Origin: Elusimicrobiota bacterium
GTDB taxonomy: Bacteria > Elusimicrobiota > Elusimicrobia > F11
NCBI GenBank assembly: GCA_044221725.1
Contig: JBGAON010000001.1
Span: forward strand, 1-64,000
DNA length: 64,000 bases
Reading direction: 5' to 3'
Part shown: positions 46,372 through 56,711 of the stretch, piece by piece
Numbering within the stretch: position 1 is the stretch's first letter
How the letters are laid out: the number at the start of each line of letters is the position of its first letter
Notes under the pieces: model-generated
What the model was told of the DNA's origin: nothing
Databases searched by the model: none
What the model saw: only the letters and a program-made list of their open reading frames with translations
Translations under genes and position numbers: made by a program

Positions 46372-47494
46372 TTTCTTCACTCTCGTTTTAGCCAGCATCC
46401 TCGCCTTCTCGGTTTTTTCCTGTAAACCGCGCGAAAAGAAAATCAGAATTGCGTTGGCAATGCCACTCACCGGCGATATTGCCTCGCTCGGCCAAGGGTT
46501 GAAGCGCGCAACCGCCATGGCCATTGAAGACGCCAATGCGAAACACGTAACCGATATTCCCGTTGAAATGGTTTCTTTCGATGATCGGTCGGACCCCAAA
46601 GAAGCCGTCAGTGTGGCCAACCGAATTGTTTCGGATCCGAGCATCGTCGCTGTGGTTGGCCACTTTAATTCTGGGTGTTCCATTCCGGCGTCGCGCATCT
46701 ACGCGCAAGCCGGCCTCCCGATGCTCACGCCAGCATCTTCGAATCCGGAACTTACCAATCAGCAACTCTCGCCTCAGTGGACGTGGCCCAAGTCAATTTT
46801 TCGCGCAAACACCACCGACAATGTTCAAGGAGCCTACGGCGCAGATTTCATTTTCAAAACGCTGAAACTGTCCCATGTGGCGATCATCCACGATAAGACA
46901 TCGTACGGACAAGGCGTCGCCGAGGAATTCAAAAAGCAATTCGAAAAAGATGGCGGGACCGTCGTGGCCTTTGAAGGGTTGCAGGTTGGCGATCGCGATT
47001 TCCGATCGCTGTTGACGCGTATCAAAGCGCTAAATCCGCAAGCGTTGTATTTCGGAGGAATGTTTTCAGAAGGTGGAATTCTCGTTCGGCAGACGCGCGA
47101 TGTTGGGTTTAAAGGTCCGTTCGTCGCGTGCGAGGCGAATTATGATCCGGCGTTTCTCAAAGTTGCCGGGGATTCCGCCGAAGGCGCTTACGTGACATTT
47201 CTCGGCTCGCCGCCCGACCTTCTTCCCTCCGCCAGAGCATTTGTCGCGGCCTACAAGGAACGCTATCCGAACGATGAACTAAAGGCTTACGATCACTATG
47301 GCTACGAAGGCACATCGATTATTTTGGACGCGGTTAAAAATGTTGGGCCAGACCGGGCAAAAATTATCACCTACTTGCACGGCGTCAACTACACCGGCGT
47401 GCTTGGCACGACCTCTTTTGATGAGAAGGGTGACACATTGAATAAAACGATCACGCTGTTCCAAGTCAAAAAAGGAGCTTTTGTTCCTTATTAA
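46355..47494 (+). CDS. livK: Branched-chain amino acid ABC transporter substrate-binding lipoprotein
   Basis: Lipobox VFSC; PLTG, DDRSDPKEA, VVGHFNSG, HDKTSYGQG. Confidence 0.9.
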   Translation: MPRRNNFFTLVLASILAFSVFSCKPREKKIRIALAMPLTGDIASLGQGLKRATAMAIEDANAKHVTDIPVEMVSFDDRSDPKEAVSVANRIVSDPSIVAVVGHFNSGCSIPASRIYAQAGLPMLTPASSNPELTNQQLSPQWTWPKSIFRANTTDNVQGAYGADFIFKTLKLSHVAIIHDKTSYGQGVAEEFKKQFEKDGGTVVAFEGLQVGDRDFRSLLTRIKALNPQALYFGGMFSEGGILVRQTRDVGFKGPFVACEANYDPAFLKVAGDSAEGAYVTFLGSPPDLLPSARAFVAAYKERYPNDELKAYDHYGYEGTSIILDAVKNVGPDRAKIITYLHGVNYTGVLGTTSFDEKGDTLNKTITLFQVKKGAFVPY

Positions 47495-48383
47495 TACGCT
47501 AGTTGAGCAATTTATTAACGGATTAACCCTCGGTGCCATTTATGCGCTTGTGGCGCTGGGTTACACGATGGTCTACGGCATTTTGCTGATGATCAATTTC
47601 GCGCATTCTGAAATTTTTATGTTGGGTGCCTTCGTCGGCTGCGGGGTTTTGCTTTTTTGCGGCAGCTTGCCCGCGCCTCTAGCGTTAGCGCTAGCCTTTG
47701 TGATCACAATGATCGTTTGCGGTTTGGCCGCTACCGCAATTGAAAAAATTGCGTACAAGCCGCTTCGCAAAGCGCCGCGGCTCGCCCCCCTCATTTCGGC
47801 CATCGGCGTTTCCATCGTGCTGCAAAATGGATTTTTTCTGTGGCGGGATGACTTCTTGGGTTTTCCGTTGCTGATTCCTGAAATGCAGCTTCACTGGGGT
47901 GTTTTCCAATTTTCCTTGATTCAACTTGTGATTCTTTCGAGCAGCTTGGCGTTGATGCTGGCGTTGTGGATCTTTGTTAATCACACGCGATTTGGCCAGG
48001 CCATTCGAGCGTGCTCACAGGACCGTGAAGCCGCCGGGCTTATGGGTATTCCCGTCAATCGTATTATCGCCATCACGTTTTTCATCGGAGCTGCTCTCGG
48101 CGGTGCTGCCGGAATTTTGTACAGCCTTTATTACGGTTCCATTAAATACAACATGGGTTTTGTGCCGGGGATGAAGGCATTTACGGCTGCGGTGCTCGGC
48201 GGCATTGGCAATATTCCGGGAGCGATGGTTGGGGGGCTGGTGCTTGGCATAGCGGAAGCCTTCGGCGCCGCGTTCTTGCCGCAAGCGGCCTGGAAAGACG
48301 TGTTTGCGTTTGGAATCCTCATTTTGGTTCTCATTATCCGCCCGTCGGGTCTTCTCGGAGAACGAACCGCCGAGAAAGTATGA
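47481..48383 (+). CDS. livH: Branched-chain amino acid ABC permease
   Basis: NGLTLGAIYALVALGYTMVYG...INFAH; KAFTAAVLGGIG. Confidence 0.92.
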   Translation: MFLINTLVEQFINGLTLGAIYALVALGYTMVYGILLMINFAHSEIFMLGAFVGCGVLLFCGSLPAPLALALAFVITMIVCGLAATAIEKIAYKPLRKAPRLAPLISAIGVSIVLQNGFFLWRDDFLGFPLLIPEMQLHWGVFQFSLIQLVILSSSLALMLALWIFVNHTRFGQAIRACSQDREAAGLMGIPVNRIIAITFFIGAALGGAAGILYSLYYGSIKYNMGFVPGMKAFTAAVLGGIGNIPGAMVGGLVLGIAEAFGAAFLPQAAWKDVFAFGILILVLIIRPSGLLGERTAEKV

Positions 48384-49363
48384 AGATTTTCCATCGCCCA
48401 TCGTTTAAAACGGTTGCGGCGATGGCGCTGTTCGCAGCGTTTGTTGGGATACCGCCGCTTCTTGTTAATTCCGAATTTTCGTACGTGTTGCGATTGCTGG
48501 GCCTGGTTGGCCTCTATATGGTTCTTGCGCTCGGCGTCAACATCGTTGTGGGGTTTCTTGGGCTTCTCGATCTCGGATTTATGGCGTTTTACGCCATCGG
48601 AGCGTATTCCATGGCGCTTCTCTCGATCGCGGGTATTGGTTTTTGGTTTGCCCTTTTGTTGTCGGTTCTTTTCACAATGGCGGTTCGCGCCATGCTCGGT
48701 GCTCCGGTTTTGCGGCTGCGCGGGGATTATTTGGCCATCGTGACCTTGGGTTTCGGCGAAATTACCCGCATCGTCGTGAACAACTGGGATTCTCTAACGA
48801 ACGGTCCGAAGGGTGTTTCGCTGCTCACAAACACAAATGTGAAGCCGGTCACCGTGTTTGGCTTCGCGCTCTCCACGAATTTGCATTTCTATTATTTGAT
48901 TTTGTTTTTTGTCGTCATCGCGATGGTCGTTAGTGTGCGATTAAAATACTCACGGATCGGTCGCGCCTGGATGGCCATACGCGAGGATGAAATGGCCGCG
49001 CGGCTTACCGGAATCCAAATTACGCGGATGAAACTGGTCGGATTTCTCGTAAGCGCCGCGTTTGCCGGCGCGGCGGGAGCCGTCTTTGCACGGTGGGAAA
49101 ATTTTGTGACGCCGGAATCTTTTACGTTTTGGGAGTCGGTGATGCTCGTCGCCATGGTGGTCATTGGCGGGATGGGATCGGTGGGCGGCACGCTGCTCGG
49201 AGCGAGCATTGTTATTCTTGTTCCCGAGCTGCTCCGAAATGTTTTGGGCGCGGAGCTCGTGAGTTGGCGTTATTTTCTTTTCGGTTTGGCCCTTGTTCTG
49301 CTCGCAATCTATCGGCCGCAAGGTCTCTGGCCGAGTCGGCGGCGCGCCGTGGAATTGAAATGA
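48380..49363 (+). CDS. livM: Branched-chain amino acid ABC permease
   Basis: GLLDLG..AFYAIGAY; LRLRGDYLAIVTLGFGEI; RPQGL. Confidence 0.92.
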   Translation: MKIFHRPSFKTVAAMALFAAFVGIPPLLVNSEFSYVLRLLGLVGLYMVLALGVNIVVGFLGLLDLGFMAFYAIGAYSMALLSIAGIGFWFALLLSVLFTMAVRAMLGAPVLRLRGDYLAIVTLGFGEITRIVVNNWDSLTNGPKGVSLLTNTNVKPVTVFGFALSTNLHFYYLILFFVVIAMVVSVRLKYSRIGRAWMAIREDEMAARLTGIQITRMKLVGFLVSAAFAGAAGAVFARWENFVTPESFTFWESVMLVAMVVIGGMGSVGGTLLGASIVILVPELLRNVLGAELVSWRYFLFGLALVLLAIYRPQGLWPSRRRAVELK

Positions 49364-50154
49364 TTTTGCTCGCCACGAAAGATCTTGGCAAATCGTTCGG
49401 TGGATTGGCTGCGCTCCAAGGCGTGCAACTTTCAATTATGCCCGGCGAAATCGTCAGTTTGATTGGTCCCAACGGCGCCGGCAAAACAACTTTTTTCAAC
49501 CTGCTCACCGGTGTCTACAAGCCCGATCACGGCACGATCGAATTCTCCGGTGAGCGGATCGATGGTCGGCCGCCGCACTGGATTACGAAACGCGGACTCG
49601 CGCGCACGTTTCAAAATATTCGTCTCTTCAACGGCATGACGGTGTTGGAAAACGTCATGGTCGGCCGGCACTGTCGCACGCGTTCCGAATTGTTGCCCGC
49701 GCTGTTTCGAACGCCGGCGTTTTATCGTGAAGAACAGGAAATCACCCAGTTCGCGAAAGAAAGATTGCAGTTTGTTGGTCTGCTGGAGCATGCGAACGCG
49801 CTGGCCGGAAGTCTTCCGTACGGAGCACAGCGACGACTTGAGATTGCGCGTGCGTTGGCCACGGAGCCGCGTTTGCTGTTGTTGGACGAGCCGACGGCGG
49901 GCATGAGCCACAGCGAGTCGCTGGAAATGGTGGAGCTCATACAGCGCATCTCGCAGGAAGGTGTTACGGTTCTTTTGATTGAACACCGCATGAGCCTTGT
50001 GATGCGCGTATCGCAACGTGTTCATGTGCTTGATCACGGTGTGAAAATTGCCGAAGGAACGCCCAGCGAGATTCAATCGAACCCAAAGGTCATTGAGGCG
50101 TACCTTGGAGCGGGGCACGAGACGCCGGAGATAAGCGATCTTGGTCATGCTTGA
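49360..50154 (+). CDS. livG: Branched-chain amino acid ABC ATPase
   Basis: GPNGAGKTT, ARTFQNIRLF, LPYGAQRRLEIARAL, VIEAYLG; ATGA overlap with livM. Confidence 0.92.
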   Translation: MILLATKDLGKSFGGLAALQGVQLSIMPGEIVSLIGPNGAGKTTFFNLLTGVYKPDHGTIEFSGERIDGRPPHWITKRGLARTFQNIRLFNGMTVLENVMVGRHCRTRSELLPALFRTPAFYREEQEITQFAKERLQFVGLLEHANALAGSLPYGAQRRLEIARALATEPRLLLLDEPTAGMSHSESLEMVELIQRISQEGVTVLLIEHRMSLVMRVSQRVHVLDHGVKIAEGTPSEIQSNPKVIEAYLGAGHETPEISDLGHA

Positions 50155-50875
50155 AATAAACGATCTTCACGTTGGCTACGGAAAAATACGCGCGTTGCAC
50201 GGCATTGGTTTGCGCGTCGAGGAAGGCGAAGTGGTTTCGCTCATTGGTGCCAACGGTTCGGGAAAAAGCTCGTTTCTGAAAGCGTTGTCCGGACTCTTGC
50301 CCGTCGTGTCCGGTGACATTTTGTTTCAAGGCGAGCGGATCGGAGGCTTGGCGCCGCACGAAATTACTCAGAAGGGTGTGGTTCAAATTCCCGAAGGCCG
50401 CCGAATTTTTCCTTTGCTAACAGTGGAAGAGAATTTGGAGATGGGCGCATTCTTTCGCAAGGACCACAGCGCGGTCGCTGAGGACCGTGAACGGATATTC
50501 GAGAGTTTTCCGGTGCTCAAAGAGCGGCGCAAACAGCTGGGAGGAACATTGTCCGGCGGCGAACAGCAAATGCTGGCTTTTGGTCGCGCGCTTATGAGCC
50601 GCCCGAAACTTCTGGCGCTTGATGAGCCGTCCATGGGGCTTGCGCCGTTTATTGTCGATAGGGTTTTCCAGATCATTCGTGATCTGAACAAAAAAGGGAT
50701 GACCATTTTGCTCGTGGAGCAGAACGCGCGCGCCGCATTGTCCGTGGCGCAGCGGGGTTATGTGCTCGAAACCGGCGCGGTCATCCTTGAAGATACCGCG
50801 AAAAATCTTTTAACGAACGATCGCGTGAAACAGTGCTATCTTGGCGTGCAGGAGAATTTAATTACCGATAACTAG
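50147..50875 (+). CDS. livF: Branched-chain amino acid ABC ATPase
   Basis: GANGSGKS, PEGRRIF, LSGGEQQMLA, DEPSMGLAP. Confidence 0.92.
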   Translation: MLEINDLHVGYGKIRALHGIGLRVEEGEVVSLIGANGSGKSSFLKALSGLLPVVSGDILFQGERIGGLAPHEITQKGVVQIPEGRRIFPLLTVEENLEMGAFFRKDHSAVAEDRERIFESFPVLKERRKQLGGTLSGGEQQMLAFGRALMSRPKLLALDEPSMGLAPFIVDRVFQIIRDLNKKGMTILLVEQNARAALSVAQRGYVLETGAVILEDTAKNLLTNDRVKQCYLGVQENLITDN

Positions 50876-50891
50876 AAACGAAGGAGTTCCA

Positions 50892-51194
50892 ATGTCTGAA
50901 CCAGACAAGAAACAACCACAGCTACAAATAGAGATCGACGACATCACGGCGCAAGGTATGTATTCCAATTTGGCGTTCATTACACATTCGGAACAAGAAT
51001 TTGTGCTGGACTTCATGTTCTTATCGCCGCAGCAACCGAAGGCCAAAGTTCGTGCGCGCATTATTACGAGCCCGAAACACGCGAAACGTTTTCTGGCCGC
51101 GTTGGCAGAGAACATTCAGCGCTACGAGTCGCGCCATGGGATTATTGCGAACGATCCCACGCCACCCAATGGGGAACCGGGCCTCTACAATTAA
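50892..51194 (+). CDS. DUF3467-like protein
   Basis: GMYSNLAFITHS.QEFVLDF; RIITSPKHAKR. Confidence 0.8.
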   Translation: MSEPDKKQPQLQIEIDDITAQGMYSNLAFITHSEQEFVLDFMFLSPQQPKAKVRARIITSPKHAKRFLAALAENIQRYESRHGIIANDPTPPNGEPGLYN

Positions 51195-52443
51195 ATCGCC
51201 GCGCGTCGAGGTTGTCTGCGTTGGCACCGAGCTTCTAACCGGCAAAGTCAACACGCATACGGCGTACCTAGGGCCCAAGCTCGCGAACATTGGTCTATCA
51301 ATTGCGTGCGAACACGCGGTCGGTGACGATCCCGAACTCATGCGCGAGGTTTTCTCAGGAGCGTTTAAACGTTCCGATATTGTTCTGTGCGCGGGCGGTC
51401 TCGGGCCGACGTTTGACGACATCACGCGCGACGTGTGGTCGCGCGTTGTTAAACGGCCGCTGCGCATTCAATCGTGGATAGTAGACGACATTCGCGCGAA
51501 ATTTGAACGCCGCGGTATCGCCATGCCGCCCATGAATCGTCGTCAGGCAATGGTGCTTCGGGGTGCTGAAGTCATTGGCAATCCGCTCGGCACGGCGCCC
51601 GGTCAGTTGCTTAAAATAAAAAACAAAATCGTTGTGTTGCTTCCCGGGCCATCGCGCGAGCTTTATCCGATGGTTGAAACCACGGTGCTTTCGCGACTGC
51701 GTGAGCATTTTCCGGGCTATGTGTTGGCGCATCATGTGTTTCAAATTTTTGGCGTGCCCGAATCGACCGTTGACGAAATTGTGCGCCCGTGGGTTGCGCG
51801 AAACGAGCGCGTGCTCGGCTGCACTATCACGCATGGAATCCTTGCATCGCAGTCGGTGATATCGGTGAAATTTACGGTCACGGGAAAAGACCCGGCCGTT
51901 GTCCAACAGGTATCCCACAAATTGTTGCCCGAATTGCGGAAGTTGCTTGGTGATTTGGTGTTCGGAGAAGGCGATGTGTTGCTGGATCACGTCGTTGGTA
52001 CGCTGTTGCAGACAAAAAGAAAAACGGTTGCGGTCGCGGAGTCGTGCACCGGAGGAACGCTTTCAAAACTGCTCACAGAGAACGCAGGCGCCTCCGACTA
52101 TTTTCTCGAAGGTGTTGTCGCTTACAGCAATGCCAGCAAAATGCGTCGTCTCGGTGTTAGCGAACAAACTCTGAAGAAGTTTGGCGCTGTGTCAGCGGAG
52201 ACGGCAAAAGAAATGGCGCAAGGGCTCCGCCAACGTGTGAAGTGCGATTACACGTTATCGGTCACGGGAATTGCTGGCCCTGGGGGCGGGACACAACAAA
52301 AGCCGGTAGGACTTGTTTACGTTGCGTGCTGCGGACCGCGAAAAACAATTGTTAAAAAGTTTAGGTTCATCGGTGAGCGTGGGCTTGTTCGTCATCGCGC
52401 GGCGCTCAGCGCGCTGAATATGCTGCGCAAGGAAATCGTTTGA
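51169..52443 (+). CDS. cinA: Competence/damage-inducible protein A (MoCF-like domain plus PncC NMN deamidase)
   Basis: VGTELL.G, GGLGPTFDDITR, GTAPG, AESCTGG, GAVS, TGIAGPGGG. Confidence 0.92.
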   Translation: MGNRASTIKSPRVEVVCVGTELLTGKVNTHTAYLGPKLANIGLSIACEHAVGDDPELMREVFSGAFKRSDIVLCAGGLGPTFDDITRDVWSRVVKRPLRIQSWIVDDIRAKFERRGIAMPPMNRRQAMVLRGAEVIGNPLGTAPGQLLKIKNKIVVLLPGPSRELYPMVETTVLSRLREHFPGYVLAHHVFQIFGVPESTVDEIVRPWVARNERVLGCTITHGILASQSVISVKFTVTGKDPAVVQQVSHKLLPELRKLLGDLVFGEGDVLLDHVVGTLLQTKRKTVAVAESCTGGTLSKLLTENAGASDYFLEGVVAYSNASKMRRLGVSEQTLKKFGAVSAETAKEMAQGLRQRVKCDYTLSVTGIAGPGGGTQQKPVGLVYVACCGPRKTIVKKFRFIGERGLVRHRAALSALNMLRKEIV

Positions 52444-53231
52444 GTATCTTCGAGCGCCCGTCAAGGAAACTGGCCGCTGACAACAGCTCGGAATGGGGCA
52501 AACGTCCGCCACAAAGTGAAGAACAAGTTTTTCTTGAAGGTCCTCATCCACGCGGTTTCGAACTGTTGCGCGCGCTCCGAATTTTCCGCGAGTGCATGTA
52601 CGGGTTTCGGAAACTTCATTTTGTGGGTCCGTGCGTGACTGTGTTCGGTTCGGCGCGGTTTCACGAGACGCATGAGCTCTACAAGCTGACGCAGCGGGTG
52701 GGAGCCGAAATAGCGAAAGTGGGATTCACGGTCATGACCGGTGGCGGTCCGGGTCTCATGGAAGCGGCCAACCGCGGTGCGAAAGAGGTCGGCGGACGAA
52801 CGGTGGGCTGCAACATCCAACTTCCGCAGGAACAGAAACCGAACGACTATTTGGATACGTGGCTCGAATTCCGTTACTTTTTTGTGAGAAAATTGATGCT
52901 CGCGAAATACTCGTATGCGTTTGTAGCAATGCCCGGTGGCTACGGCACGCTGGATGAAATGTTCGAAGTAGCGACATTGGTTCAAACCGGGAAGATCAAG
53001 AACTTCCCGCTCGTCCTCGTGGGGAAGGAATATTGGACGCCGTTATTGGATTTCATGAAAGACACGTTGGTTCGACTGGGAACAATTGATCAAATTGATT
53101 TTGATCGGTGGATCGTGAGCGACGACCCGGTGGAAGTTGCGAAGGTGGTACGCGATCATGGCATGGCTGATTTTGGTTTGATCGAGCAAGCGGCGCATAG
53201 AAAAAAGAAATGGTTTTTCTTTGAGGGATGA
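52440..53231 (+). CDS. LOG-family (TIGR00730-like) nucleotide phosphoribohydrolase
   Basis: FGSAR, TGGGPGLMEAANRGA, PGGYGTLDE. Confidence 0.9.
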   Translation: MSIFERPSRKLAADNSSEWGKRPPQSEEQVFLEGPHPRGFELLRALRIFRECMYGFRKLHFVGPCVTVFGSARFHETHELYKLTQRVGAEIAKVGFTVMTGGGPGLMEAANRGAKEVGGRTVGCNIQLPQEQKPNDYLDTWLEFRYFFVRKLMLAKYSYAFVAMPGGYGTLDEMFEVATLVQTGKIKNFPLVLVGKEYWTPLLDFMKDTLVRLGTIDQIDFDRWIVSDDPVEVAKVVRDHGMADFGLIEQAAHRKKKWFFFEG

Positions 53232-53234
53232 GGC

Positions 53235-53804
53235 ATGCGACTGTTTTTGGCAATCTATCCAAGCGACAAATCGATTTCACAGTGGCGATCTTTCCAACGG
53301 AACGCGGCGGTGGGGCCTTTGCGTTGGACGCCGGAAGAATCTCTTCACGTCACGCTGAAATTTTTTGGCGAAGTGGATGACCACCGGGAAAAAAAGATTC
53401 TCGCTGCGTTACCGAAGATCGTCTCTGATTTTTCTCCGTTTGAGTTGCAGCTAAAATCCGGTGGTGTTTTCCCATCCAAAGGTTCTCCTTCGGTTTTTTG
53501 GGTGGGTCTTGACCATGACACACGTGTTCTCGAAGAGTTGGTGCATGTGCTCGACCTCGAATGTAAGAATCTTGGCTTTGCCGCCGACGACCACGATTAT
53601 CATCCGCATCTCACCGTAGCGCGCACCTCAAACAACGCCGCGAAGCTGCCTGCCGCGTTCGGTCGGGATTTCAAAAAATGGGTTGAGCCCTTTGAAACCG
53701 AACCGTTTGTCGTGAACGAGCTGTGCCTTGTGCAAAGTCAATTGGGAGGGACGGGTTCAAAGTATTTGGTTCGCGATACGTTTCCACTTCGCGGCCATTC
53801 GTAA
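53235..53804 (+). CDS. thpR: RNA 2',3'-cyclic phosphodiesterase (2H family)
   Basis: MRLFLAI; two HxT motifs (HVTLKFFG, HLTVAR). Confidence 0.9.
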   Translation: MRLFLAIYPSDKSISQWRSFQRNAAVGPLRWTPEESLHVTLKFFGEVDDHREKKILAALPKIVSDFSPFELQLKSGGVFPSKGSPSVFWVGLDHDTRVLEELVHVLDLECKNLGFAADDHDYHPHLTVARTSNNAAKLPAAFGRDFKKWVEPFETEPFVVNELCLVQSQLGGTGSKYLVRDTFPLRGHS

Positions 53805-54329
53805 CATCGATTCCTCGTTAGTAAGCGTCGTTAGATCTGCAAGTGGAACCCATTCCAATTTATTGGATTCATCGCTGATTCGGATCGGCTCACCTTCATT
53901 CGCTCGAAACGCAAACCGTATATCGTAGTGATAATGTTTCGGTTCGTGAGCGCGGGGCGGAATCGAATGAATATCAACATCAAAAATCTCCGGTGTCACG
54001 AGATTTAGACTTGATAATCCGGATTCTTCTTGTGCTTCGCGGCGCGCCACCGCGACTATATCGGTATCGCCGTCCGCATGTCCGCCCAATTGCAGCCATT
54101 TGTCTAACTTCTTGTGATGCGTGAGCAACACGGCGTCGCCGGCTTTGTTGGTCACCCATGCGGAACCGGTGATGTGCCCGGCGAGATTGGTTCGTTCGAA
54201 ACAATCCGTATGTTTTTCAACAAATGAAACGATCGTATCGCGTTGCATGGTGTCCGCTGCGTTAACGGATCGGTATTGTTTCAAAAGCGCCAGAAGCGGT
54301 GCGCGTTTATCGAAGAGCGCTATCGTCAT
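53757..54329 (-). CDS. NUDIX hydrolase
   Basis: GHITGSA, WLQLGGHADG...ARREAQEESGL Nudix box, HYDIRF. Confidence 0.9.
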   Translation of the reverse strand: MTIALFDKRAPLLALLKQYRSVNAADTMQRDTIVSFVEKHTDCFERTNLAGHITGSAWVTNKAGDAVLLTHHKKLDKWLQLGGHADGDTDIVAVARREAQEESGLSSLNLVTPEIFDVDIHSIPPRAHEPKHYHYDIRFAFRANEGEPIRISDESNKLEWVPLADLTTLTNEESMLRMAAKWKRIANQIL

Positions 54330-54355
54330 ACGACGGAAAGTTATGAAATGCGGGC

Positions 54356-55135
54356 ATGGGTGCCAAATACGGCCAACATTTCCTTATTAATAAACACGCG
54401 ATTGACCGCATCGCGGAATCCCTCGCGATCTCCTCGGACGATATCGTTTTGGAAATTGGCCCGGGGAAAGGGTCTCTTACCGCCGCACTTCTTAAAGCGA
54501 AGTCCTTGAACATTGTGGAAGTGGACGAACAAATGATTGCGCTTTTGAAGTCGCGCTTCGGCGCGATGCCAAATGTCCATTTGTTCCACGAAGACATCCT
54601 AAAGTTTGATTTTGAAGGGCTGGGCACGGTTGGCGGACCAGTCAAAGTGGTAGGCAACCTTCCTTATAATTTGACGTCTCCGATTTTGCGGAAGCTCTCC
54701 GAGTGGTCGGGTTGGAAGAATGCGTTCATAATGGTTCAAAGAGAAGTCGCCGAACGGTTGTGCGCGAAAGCCGGAACGCCCGAATACGGCGCGCTAACCG
54801 TTGGAATGAACTTAACCAGCGAACCGGAATTCGTGTTTGAACTTTCCGAAAAATCGTTCAACCCGCCTCCCAAAGTAAAGTCGGCCGTCGTCAAACTCAT
54901 TCGCCGCGACACGCCACTCACGGGTGACGTAAACGGTACCCAAAGAGTCATTCAAGCCGCGTTCCAGCAACGCCGCAAAACAATCCTCAACTCTCTCGCG
55001 CACGGACTGAACCTTGAGAAAGATCAAGTTGCGTCCGCCCTCAAAAAACTGAACCTGCCGTCCGAAATACGTCCCGAGAAATTGCCTGTCGAGACGTTTG
55101 TAAAGTTGCGAGAACTGCTGCAGATTACCGGTTAA
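54356..55135 (+). CDS. rsmA: 16S rRNA dimethyladenosine transferase
   Basis: GQHFL, LEIGPGKG, GNLPYN, MVQREVA, F.PPPKV.S. Confidence 0.95.
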   Translation: MGAKYGQHFLINKHAIDRIAESLAISSDDIVLEIGPGKGSLTAALLKAKSLNIVEVDEQMIALLKSRFGAMPNVHLFHEDILKFDFEGLGTVGGPVKVVGNLPYNLTSPILRKLSEWSGWKNAFIMVQREVAERLCAKAGTPEYGALTVGMNLTSEPEFVFELSEKSFNPPPKVKSAVVKLIRRDTPLTGDVNGTQRVIQAAFQQRRKTILNSLAHGLNLEKDQVASALKKLNLPSEIRPEKLPVETFVKLRELLQITG

Positions 55136-55145
55136 CTTTGGAAGG

Positions 55146-56549
55146 TTAGCGGGGTTTCGGGCCGAAGTTCACGTCGGTCGAGAGTGCGTTGGTTTCGGTG
55201 AAGCGTCCGATCATCGGTTGGATGCCGACCACGCTGAAGAAAAGTTTTGTGCTGGAGACATGCTTCACTTCGCTGCGGACCTCGGTGAATTTTCCTGAAA
55301 GAACGAAATGAACAAGGTAACGCCCAACAGCGGAGATGAGGAAAAGCGTGAGCAACGGATAGCCAAAAATATTCGGGACGCGGGAACTGAGCCAGCTGCC
55401 AACGAGCGCGCCGCCAAAGATTGCGAGGCCGTTGATCAAATTAAAATAACCCAAGCAGCGCATGCGTTTCCCGGGGCTCACCGCATCATAAATGTAATTA
55501 ACGGCGCACAAGTTGAACCCGCCCCACAAAAATCCAGCGGCCGCTTCGACGAGAAAAATCGGCACAATGTGATGAAACAGGATCCATGGGATGGGAATGA
55601 GCGGCAGTAAAAAGCTCGTTGTTTTAAGAATGCGCGCATTCCCGACGTGGTCCGCGTGTCGACCCCATAAAGGGAACGCAATAAGGCTCGTCACTGTAGA
55701 GGCCAATGTGACCAACATGAAGCTTAAGTAATCGAATTTCAGATCGCGCAGCATGGTGACACTGAAATAAGGAGCGGCGATGTTCGTCGTAAACGTTATT
55801 CCGGCCACATAAAAAACAAATTTCACGAAGTTGCTTTCGCGGAAACGCTTGAGAAACATCCACAACGTAAAGTCGTGTTCCTCTTTGTGATGGAACGGCA
55901 GGTCGACGTGTTTCCGCAGCAATGCGAACGAAACAAATCGGCCAACAGCGGCCGTGAGAAACATGGCAAGAAAGCCTATTTCTTGTTTGTCGATTTTTTT
56001 CCAAACGTCGAGGAATCCGCCCCAAAAAATAATGGTTACAAGGCTCGTGATACCGAGAATTCGCGAGCGCCAACCAAAATAATCGCCGCGCCGATGCGCG
56101 GGCAGATATTCGCTGACAAGACTGCCCCAGGCAGGCCCAATCAATCCCGTGATGATCTTGTAGATCGTGACAAAGCCAATTAACCATAGGAGCCGATGCG
56201 GAACGTGCCGCAAGCCGAGAAAGCCGATGGGTAACAGCATCAAGGCTTGCAATCCAACATTGTGCACCACGAGCTTGAGGCGGCTCCCAATTTTGTGCAC
56301 CGCCTCAACCGCAAACGTCTGAAATATCGCCCCTAACAAATTCGGAATTGCAATCAAAAGTCCAATCTGCGGATTCGTAGCTCCAAGGCACAACGCGAAC
56401 GGCGTCATGTAGTTGTCCATTATTGTGCTCATCACTTGAGCGGGTATTCCTTCTTTCCAGGAGAGAACCAAACTTCGCTGAATCTGTGGATCGGACGAGG
56501 CGGTGACGGTATGGCGCCGATCGCGTGATGGAGGAAGAGGCGAAATCAT
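55146..56549 (-). CDS. MFS transporter
   Basis: About 12 TM helices; WGRHADHVGN; RRGDYFG. Confidence 0.85.
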   Translation of the reverse strand: MISPLPPSRDRRHTVTASSDPQIQRSLVLSWKEGIPAQVMSTIMDNYMTPFALCLGATNPQIGLLIAIPNLLGAIFQTFAVEAVHKIGSRLKLVVHNVGLQALMLLPIGFLGLRHVPHRLLWLIGFVTIYKIITGLIGPAWGSLVSEYLPAHRRGDYFGWRSRILGITSLVTIIFWGGFLDVWKKIDKQEIGFLAMFLTAAVGRFVSFALLRKHVDLPFHHKEEHDFTLWMFLKRFRESNFVKFVFYVAGITFTTNIAAPYFSVTMLRDLKFDYLSFMLVTLASTVTSLIAFPLWGRHADHVGNARILKTTSFLLPLIPIPWILFHHIVPIFLVEAAAGFLWGGFNLCAVNYIYDAVSPGKRMRCLGYFNLINGLAIFGGALVGSWLSSRVPNIFGYPLLTLFLISAVGRYLVHFVLSGKFTEVRSEVKHVSSTKLFFSVVGIQPMIGRFTETNALSTDVNFGPKPR

Positions 56550-56654
56550 TGCATTTGCTTATCAAATAGCGATTTTGAGAGCAAAGCGGGGTTTGATAGG
56601 TCCAAAAACGAATCCTTTTTTCAGCTCGAAATCGGACAACAAAAAGGCCCGCCC

Positions 56655-56671
56655 TGGCATATTCGGTGCAT
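56655..56671 (+). promoter_or_regulatory. Candidate sigma54 (-24/-12) promoter
   Basis: TGGCAT-ATTCG-GTGCAT with exact GG-N10-GC spacing, about 40 nt upstream of ATG 56712. Confidence 0.55.
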
Positions 56672-56711
56672 TATTCGAATTTAATTAAACCCTGCTAATC
56701 AAGGAGCCAAT

